A stretch of DNA of 32,000 bases, taken from NCBI RefSeq assembly GCF_002075285.3, contig NZ_CP021983.2, positions 2,670,001 through 2,702,000 on the forward strand. Reading direction: 5' to 3'. A program made the translations under genes and the position numbers. Position 1 is the first letter of the stretch. Every line of letters starts with the position of its first letter. Shown here piece after piece: positions 27,312 to 32,000 of this stretch. The stretch is from Halomicronema hongdechloris C2206 (lineage in GTDB: Bacteria > Cyanobacteriota > Cyanobacteriia > Phormidesmidales > Phormidesmidaceae). The notes under the pieces are model-generated. The model was not told where the DNA came from and made no database searches. It saw nothing but the letters and a program-made list of their open reading frames with translations.

Positions 27312-27459
27312 GGGTTGAAACCTGCAGAATGCAAATATACAGCTAAGAAGACTGACTAAAGTGGGGGTGGGGAAAGATGATAGTCAACAGATTGAACAGG
27401 GTGCAGTCCCCGAACTACTACCGGTTGAATTAACGTATCAAGGTAAAAAATTATTCCAT

Positions 27460-28587
27460 CTAGCTTATCAAACTTGACGAAATCTGGGTGCGAGCTGTAG
27501 CACTGGCCACGATGATTTGGCGACGGCGGTCAAATAGTAAACACCCTACCTGGACCCGCTGTTGGCTATGGCGGTGAATGTAGGCGCTGGCTCGCTGCTC
27601 GATGCGGGTTGCGATCGCACCGTAGACCTGGGCCACCCAGGTTTCCCCCAGCTGGCGCAGCTGCCCCAACCCGGCCTCCGCCGTCTCAGCAGCTAGGATC
27701 GCCTGCACCGTCTCCCGGGGCACCCCTTGATTGGCACAGTGGGCCGCCAAGATCTCTTGCCGGCCATCGGCCACATGGTGGTGGGTATGGAAGATGCCCC
27801 CAGCCAGTTTGAGCAGTTTGCCGTGGTAGCCCAGCAGCACCACCGAATCCACCCCCCTGAGGCCCGCCTCCACCAGCAACGGCCCCAACCAGTTGGCCGT
27901 CTTCACCCGCCGGTCCGCCTCGATGCCCAGGGTCAGGGCCAGATCCAGGCCATTCTCCCCCAGACAAAACACCAGGGAATCGTAGCGGCTGGCCTTGTCT
28001 TGGAGATCAGCCCGAAACGCCTCCAGTTGGCCCGGCGCACTCAGGGGTTGGGAGATGCCACTGGTGCCCAACAGAGCCAGGCCCTCCACCACCCCAAAGG
28101 CCTCGTTGGAGGTGCGTTGCCCCAGGGCCCGGCCCTGGGGCAAGATCAAGGTCACCCGAATCGGTCGGTCGGGGCGCCACTGGTCCAGGTTCTCTTGCAA
28201 CAGGCGGCGGGCATAGCGACTGATGGACATAGGACCCTCGGCCCCCAAGCGACCCACCCCTTCCCCCGGCAGAATGGCAATGGCCGGGCTTTGCTCGGCG
28301 TCCCCCCAGCCCACCACCGCCCACACCGGGGTATGGCGGGTTAAATCCAAGTTGTCACCGGGATCACTGCGGCTGATGGCCAGCACGGTACCATCGGGCA
28401 AAGGGGCCAACTGCTCGATGGCGATCTCGACAGTCTCCGCCGGCTCCAACAGATTCACCGCCACCGTATCGGGGCAATCCCGGCAATCACAGAGATAGCG
28501 CAGCGATGCGATCGCACCGGCACAGGCAAACACCGGCAGGGTATAACCGGCCCGAGCAGATGACGACGAATTGGGGGAAGAGACCAT
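27460..28587 (-). CDS. cbiD: cobalt-precorrin-5B (C1)-methyltransferase
   Basis: CbiD hallmarks are present throughout: RAGYTLPVFACAGAIASL, GEGVGR, LLGTSGISQPLS, GYHGKLLKLAGGIFHTHHHVADGR. Confidence 0.9.
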   Translation of the reverse strand: MVSSPNSSSSARAGYTLPVFACAGAIASLRYLCDCRDCPDTVAVNLLEPAETVEIAIEQLAPLPDGTVLAISRSDPGDNLDLTRHTPVWAVVGWGDAEQSPAIAILPGEGVGRLGAEGPMSISRYARRLLQENLDQWRPDRPIRVTLILPQGRALGQRTSNEAFGVVEGLALLGTSGISQPLSAPGQLEAFRADLQDKASRYDSLVFCLGENGLDLALTLGIEADRRVKTANWLGPLLVEAGLRGVDSVVLLGYHGKLLKLAGGIFHTHHHVADGRQEILAAHCANQGVPRETVQAILAAETAEAGLGQLRQLGETWVAQVYGAIATRIEQRASAYIHRHSQQRVQVGCLLFDRRRQIIVASATARTQISSSLIS

Positions 28588-28651
28588 ACTTTAGAAATAG
28601 ATATGTTGTTAAACTGGTCGACGATGGACGAATAGCGAGTGGGCAAGCAAT

Positions 28652-28677
28652 GAATTTTGAGTTTTGAATTTTGAATT
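28652..28677. repeat. tandem heptamers GAATTTT-GAGTTTT-GAATTTT-GAATT
   Basis: Read directly in the cbiD-moaA divergent intergenic region. Confidence 0.5.
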
Positions 28678-28723
28678 GCCCCCTCCACCCCCTCACCCCA
28701 CTACCCTAACGACTCGCCGGCCC

Positions 28724-29709
28724 ATGATTCCTACCGATTATCTCCGCATCAGTCTGATCGATCGCCTGCAATTTTCGTTGCCAGTACTGTATGCCCGAGG
28801 GCAGCGACTTGCAGTACGTACTGCAGCAGGACTGGCTCACCCGAGCAGAACTGCACACCCTGCTCCAAGAGGTGTTCATCCCCCTGGGCTTTAACCGCTT
28901 TCGTCTTACCGGCGGAGAACCCCTGCTGCGCCCTGATCTGGTCAATATTGTGCAAGACATTGCCAGCCAGCCCCAGACCCAAGACCTCTCCATGACCACC
29001 AATGGCTTTCTCCTGGCCAAGCGGGCGGCGGCTCTGTGGCAGGCGGGGCTGCGACGCCTCAATATCAGCCTCGATTCCCTCGATGCCGAGACCTTTCAAC
29101 AGATCGTCGGGGGCGGGCGGCAGCGCTGGCAGCAGGTCTGGGAAGGCATCTTGGCGGCCCATCAGGTGGGCTTCTCGCCCCTGAAGCTGAATGTGGTCGT
29201 GATTCCCGGCATCAATGACCACGAGGTGCTGGACCTGGCCGCGCTCACCCTGGATCGGGCCTGGCATGTACGCTTCATTGAGTTCATGCCCATCGGCAAT
29301 GCCTGGTTGTTTGAGCATCGCGGTTGGATGCCCTCGCAAGAGCTGCGGCAACGGATTCGGCAGCGCTGGGGCTTAACCGAGTCATCGGTGCTGGGAAACG
29401 GCCCCGCCGATGTATTTCAGATTCCCGGGGCCCAGGGCACCCTCGGCTTCATCAGCCAGATGTCAGAATGCTTTTGCGATCGCTGCAACCGCATGCGACT
29501 GTCCGCCGATGGTTGGCTGCGTCCCTGTCTGTTGAATGAAATCGGCCAGATTGACTTAAGAACTCCCCTGCGCCAGGGTCAACCCCTATCTCAGCTGCGG
29601 GCGGCGGTGGCGGAGCTGCTGGCCCAAAAACCCGAGATCAACTACAAAACAGCGCCAGTCAGGCACCACCGGAGCCTACGGCCGCACCATGTCCCAAATC
29701 GGGGGTTAA
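28724..29709 (+). pseudogene. moaA: GTP 3',8-cyclase MoaA (radical SAM), interrupted by two +1 frameshifts (or two sequence errors)
   Basis: Frame A (28724-28765) reads [14 protein letters not shown]. Frame B (28767 to ~29654) reads [12 protein letters not shown]...GGEPLLRPD...[14 protein letters not shown]. Frame C (29656-29709) reads [17 protein letters not shown]. The longest intact ORF (28791-29726) starts inside the CxxxCxxC cluster motif. Confidence 0.85.
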
Positions 29710-29808
29710 AAAACCTCCCTGGCTGACGGACCAAGGAGGTAATGCAGAGATAGTCAATAGCGCGGTAAGGGTATGCCAGCGTACGCCAGCAAAGAACCTA
29801 AACGCAGC

Positions 29809-30417
29809 CTAGGCTTTCCGAGAGTAGTACTCAACCACCAGCAGTTCGTTGACGTTGAGGGCCACCCATTCTCGCTCGACGATACTGTTGACCTTAGCAG
29901 TCAACTTATTCTTGTCGAGTTCCAGGTGGGTAGGCACATTGGCCAAACCTGGATACTGCAGATTGGTTTCCACCAGCTGCCGAGAATTATCCCGATCCCG
30001 GACGCTGATTTCATCCCCAGGGCGGCAATTGTAGCTGGAAATGCTCATGCGTTTACCGTTGACGGTGATATGGCCGTGATTCACCAGTTGTCTGGCCGCT
30101 GGGATGGTAGGCGCAAAGCCTAACCGGAATACCGTGTTGTCTAGCCGCATTTCTAGCAACTGTAGTAGCACTTGCCCGGTGGACCCGACGGCTCGCCGAG
30201 CTCTTTTCACGTACCGTAGCAATTGCTTTTCGGTCAGGCCGTAGTTGAAGCGAAGCTTTTGCTTCTCTTCCAAACGCACCGCATATTCAGTCTTCTTCTT
30301 GCGAGCCTGTCCATGCTGCCCCGGAGGGTAGGACTTGCGGGCCGTTTTACGGCTTAGCCCCGGCAATTCCCCCAGGCGACGGACCACCCGCAGCCGTGGG
30401 CCTCGATATCGCGCCAT
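29809..30417 (-). CDS. rpsD: 30S ribosomal protein S4
   Basis: [21 protein letters not shown]...[10 protein letters not shown]...S4 domain. The start is the ATG at 30417; the ORF-track start at 30444 adds 9 non-homologous residues. Confidence 0.97.
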   Translation of the reverse strand: MARYRGPRLRVVRRLGELPGLSRKTARKSYPPGQHGQARKKKTEYAVRLEEKQKLRFNYGLTEKQLLRYVKRARRAVGSTGQVLLQLLEMRLDNTVFRLGFAPTIPAARQLVNHGHITVNGKRMSISSYNCRPGDEISVRDRDNSRQLVETNLQYPGLANVPTHLELDKNKLTAKVNSIVEREWVALNVNELLVVEYYSRKA

Positions 30418-30501
30418 GTATGTTCTCTCCGCAAAGCTTTGCAAAGCTACAATTTTACTCTATGGGAAGGCATAAAACAAGCCTTGATAGCCATTACATC
30501 G

Positions 30502-30729
30502 TCAGGACGGGGTGTTTTGTACGTCTGGTTTTTCCTCAGGCAAAATGGCCCCTGCCACCGGACACACCTGCAGGCAGATGCCACAGTCGATGCAGGTGGC
30601 AAAATCAATCCAGTACCAATCCGTGCCTTTGGCATTCTTGCCGGGCCCCTCGTGGATACAGGCAACTGGGCAGGCATCGACGCAATCGGCCACGCCCTCG
30701 CAAACATTCGTCACAATCGTGTGGGGCAT
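30502..30729 (-). CDS. 4Fe-4S dicluster ferredoxin (small, 75 aa)
   Basis: Two cluster motifs are present: CEGVADCVDACPVAC and CIDCGICLQVCP. Confidence 0.9.
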   Translation of the reverse strand: MPHTIVTNVCEGVADCVDACPVACIHEGPGKNAKGTDWYWIDFATCIDCGICLQVCPVAGAILPEEKPDVQNTPS

Positions 30730-30790
30730 GGAACTCCTCTCAATCGTCTATCAACGGGGTGACTGCTCATAGCCACCTCTAGTCCCTAAC

Positions 30791-32000
30791 CTAAGGTAAT
30801 GTTTCAATTTCTGGCAATCCATCTGGCCCGATCCAAGCGATGCGATCAATCTGGCGCTGCTTGGCAATCATGCGGACGGTCTCGGCTGCCGGGGGATCCT
30901 TGGCAGAGAGGGCCTCTAGATAGACTTCCACCCGCACCAGATTGGTGGCTTCGCGGATGGTCTGAGCGTAGGCGAAGGCGGCGGCAGCGGCGCTGGGTTG
31001 CAGCGGCACCACTAGCCAATCGCTGGCGGCGGTGGTTTGGGGTAATTGACCACTGGGCATGAGCACCTGATGCAGGGCTTCGATGCTGAGCATGAAGCCA
31101 ATGCCAGGATAGCTGATGTCCTCGGGATGAAAGACCCCGAGCAGGTTGTCATAGCGGCCGCCCTTGCCCAGCACCTGGCGAGCGGCGGTGTCGCTTACCA
31201 CTTCGAAGACTAGGCCGGTGTAGTAGTCAAAGGTCTCGATCAGGCTCAGGTCTAAGACCAGGGAGGGCATGGTGGCAGTGGCTCTCTGGGCAGTGGCCTC
31301 TTGTAGTAGCTCGACTAGGGTCTTTAAGCCCTCGACCATATGACGTTGCTCAGCACTTAGATCTAGGCCACTGACGGTCTGAAGCACGTCTTCAGGCCGC
31401 CCCCGCAGATCCATCAGTTGCAGGGCCCGTTGTCGTAGGTCTGCCTCTAGGGGTAGGATTTCTAGGGTAACTCGATCGAGATGTGCGATCGCACATCTCA
31501 CCGCCGCCCGGTGCTCCTGGGGAAACGGCGCCAACAACGACTGAGTCAGGCCGGCATTGCCCAGCACCAAATGCCAGCGGGCCAAGCCGAGATGCCGCAG
31601 GCTATCGATCACCAGCAACAGCATTTCCGCATCGGCCAAGCCGCCGCCAGTGCCCAGCAGTTCTACCCCAGCCTGATAGAGTTCCTGCTGCTGCCCATGG
31701 CTGCCCTGGGCAGCGCGGCGAAAGACATTGGCGACATAGTACAGCCGCTGCGGATAACTCACCCGAGCCATGCGAGTCACCGCCGTGCGGGCAATGGAGG
31801 CCGTCAATTCTGGCCGTAGTCCCAACCGTTGGGTTGAGGTTCCCTGCAACTCGATTACCGTCGTCTGGTCGATAGCGCCCCCCGCCATCAGGGTTTCCAG
31901 GCTCTCCACCGTGGAGGTAATGATGCGCTGATAACTCCAACGTTGGAATACCTGCTCCAGGCGCTCTTCGATCCAATGTTTCTGGGCAACATCTAAGGGC
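30791..32000 (-). CDS. hisZ: ATP phosphoribosyltransferase regulatory subunit (HisRS paralogue), 5' end beyond the window
   Basis: The frame is open to the window edge. Upstream of the listed Met it reads PLDVAQKHWIEERLEQVFQRWSYQRIITSTVESLETLMAGGAI. It then reads LGLRPELTASIAR, RLYYVANVFR, ELYQAGVELLG and GKGGRYDNLL, a class-II HisRS-like core of the HisZ type. HisS cannot be fully excluded. Confidence 0.75.
   Translation of the reverse strand, partial: PLDVAQKHWIEERLEQVFQRWSYQRIITSTVESLETLMAGGAIDQTTVIELQGTSTQRLGLRPELTASIARTAVTRMARVSYPQRLYYVANVFRRAAQGSHGQQQELYQAGVELLGTGGGLADAEMLLLVIDSLRHLGLARWHLVLGNAGLTQSLLAPFPQEHRAAVRCAIAHLDRVTLEILPLEADLRQRALQLMDLRGRPEDVLQTVSGLDLSAEQRHMVEGLKTLVELLQEATAQRATATMPSLVLDLSLIETFDYYTGLVFEVVSDTAARQVLGKGGRYDNLLGVFHPEDISYPGIGFMLSIEALHQVLMPSGQLPQTTAASDWLVVPLQPSAAAAAFAYAQTIREATNLVRVEVYLEALSAKDPPAAETVRMIAKQRQIDRIAWIGPDGLPEIETLP
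31478..31499. repeat. perfect 22-bp palindrome centred on a HIP1 site (GAGATGTGCGATCGCACATCTC)
   Basis: Read directly. It lies inside the hisZ coding sequence, where it encodes ..VRCAIAHL... Confidence 0.85.

Noticed and set aside
27727-28344. Long antisense or shadow ORFs inside GC-rich genes. Examples: 27727-28344 (+), 28749-29351 (-), 9561-10091 (+), 15689-16069 (-), 16399-16812 (-), 22737-23090 (+) and 31483-31875 (+).
   Set aside because: Each lies entirely within a gene that has strong family-level motifs on the other strand or frame. Their translations are Arg/Pro/Gly/Ala-rich low-complexity, as expected from stop-poor frames in GC-rich DNA.
28588-28723. Possible molybdenum-cofactor riboswitch upstream of moaA.
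   Set aside because: The 136-nt leader region shows none of the conserved Moco-motif segments I remember. It is mostly a T-rich repeat plus a C-rich tract.
1-32000. CRISPR arrays, rRNA/tRNA genes and recognisable defence systems (RM, TA, CBASS and similar).
   Set aside because: No regularly spaced direct repeats, rRNA-like segments or cloverleaf candidates were found. The only nuclease-like gene is a truncated Uma2 fragment.

Overview
The window looks cyanobacterial: it has HIP1 (GCGATCGC) palindromes, a Uma2-family fragment, and a guaA/cbiD/moaA/rpsD/hisZ neighbourhood. It falls into three parts.

(1) Bases 1 to ~15300 form a + strand glycan biosynthesis and modification island. Two AT-rich arms (1-6450 and ~10530-15300) flank a GC-rich middle piece (6487 to ~10530). 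The island encodes four predicted PAPS sulfotransferases, seven clear and one possible glycosyltransferases (GT2, GT4/GT-B, GT25-like) and a Zn-ribbon SAM methyltransferase. The middle piece carries a GT2 gene, an IS4-family insertion with a 9-bp target duplication that contains the GT2 stop codon, and a truncated acyltransferase-3 gene.

(2) Bases 15.5-21 kb are GC-rich but lack HIP1. They hold a parallel beta-helix protein with no signal peptide and three C-terminal tandem modules, and a small secreted poly-aspartate protein ending in a PEP-CTERM sorting signal. They also hold a decay zone of gene fragments (Uma2 and a 5'-truncated conserved hypothetical) with GC-rich hairpins, and a secreted Cys-containing hypothetical protein.

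(3) Bases 21-32 kb are HIP1-rich and core-like. They encode a vanadium-haloperoxidase-like protein with an N-terminal transthyretin-like domain, a SulP-STAS-cNMP anion transporter, guaA, cbiD, moaA, rpsD, a 2[4Fe-4S] ferredoxin and hisZ (partial).

Sequence anomalies: moaA is broken by two +1 frameshifts, one immediately before the radical-SAM CxxxCxxC motif. The SulP gene appears to carry a compensated double frameshift in homopolymer runs. No rRNA, tRNA or CRISPR array was recognised.

The most interesting candidates are the sulfotransferase-dense glycan island and the adjacent beta-helix / poly-Asp PEP-CTERM pair.
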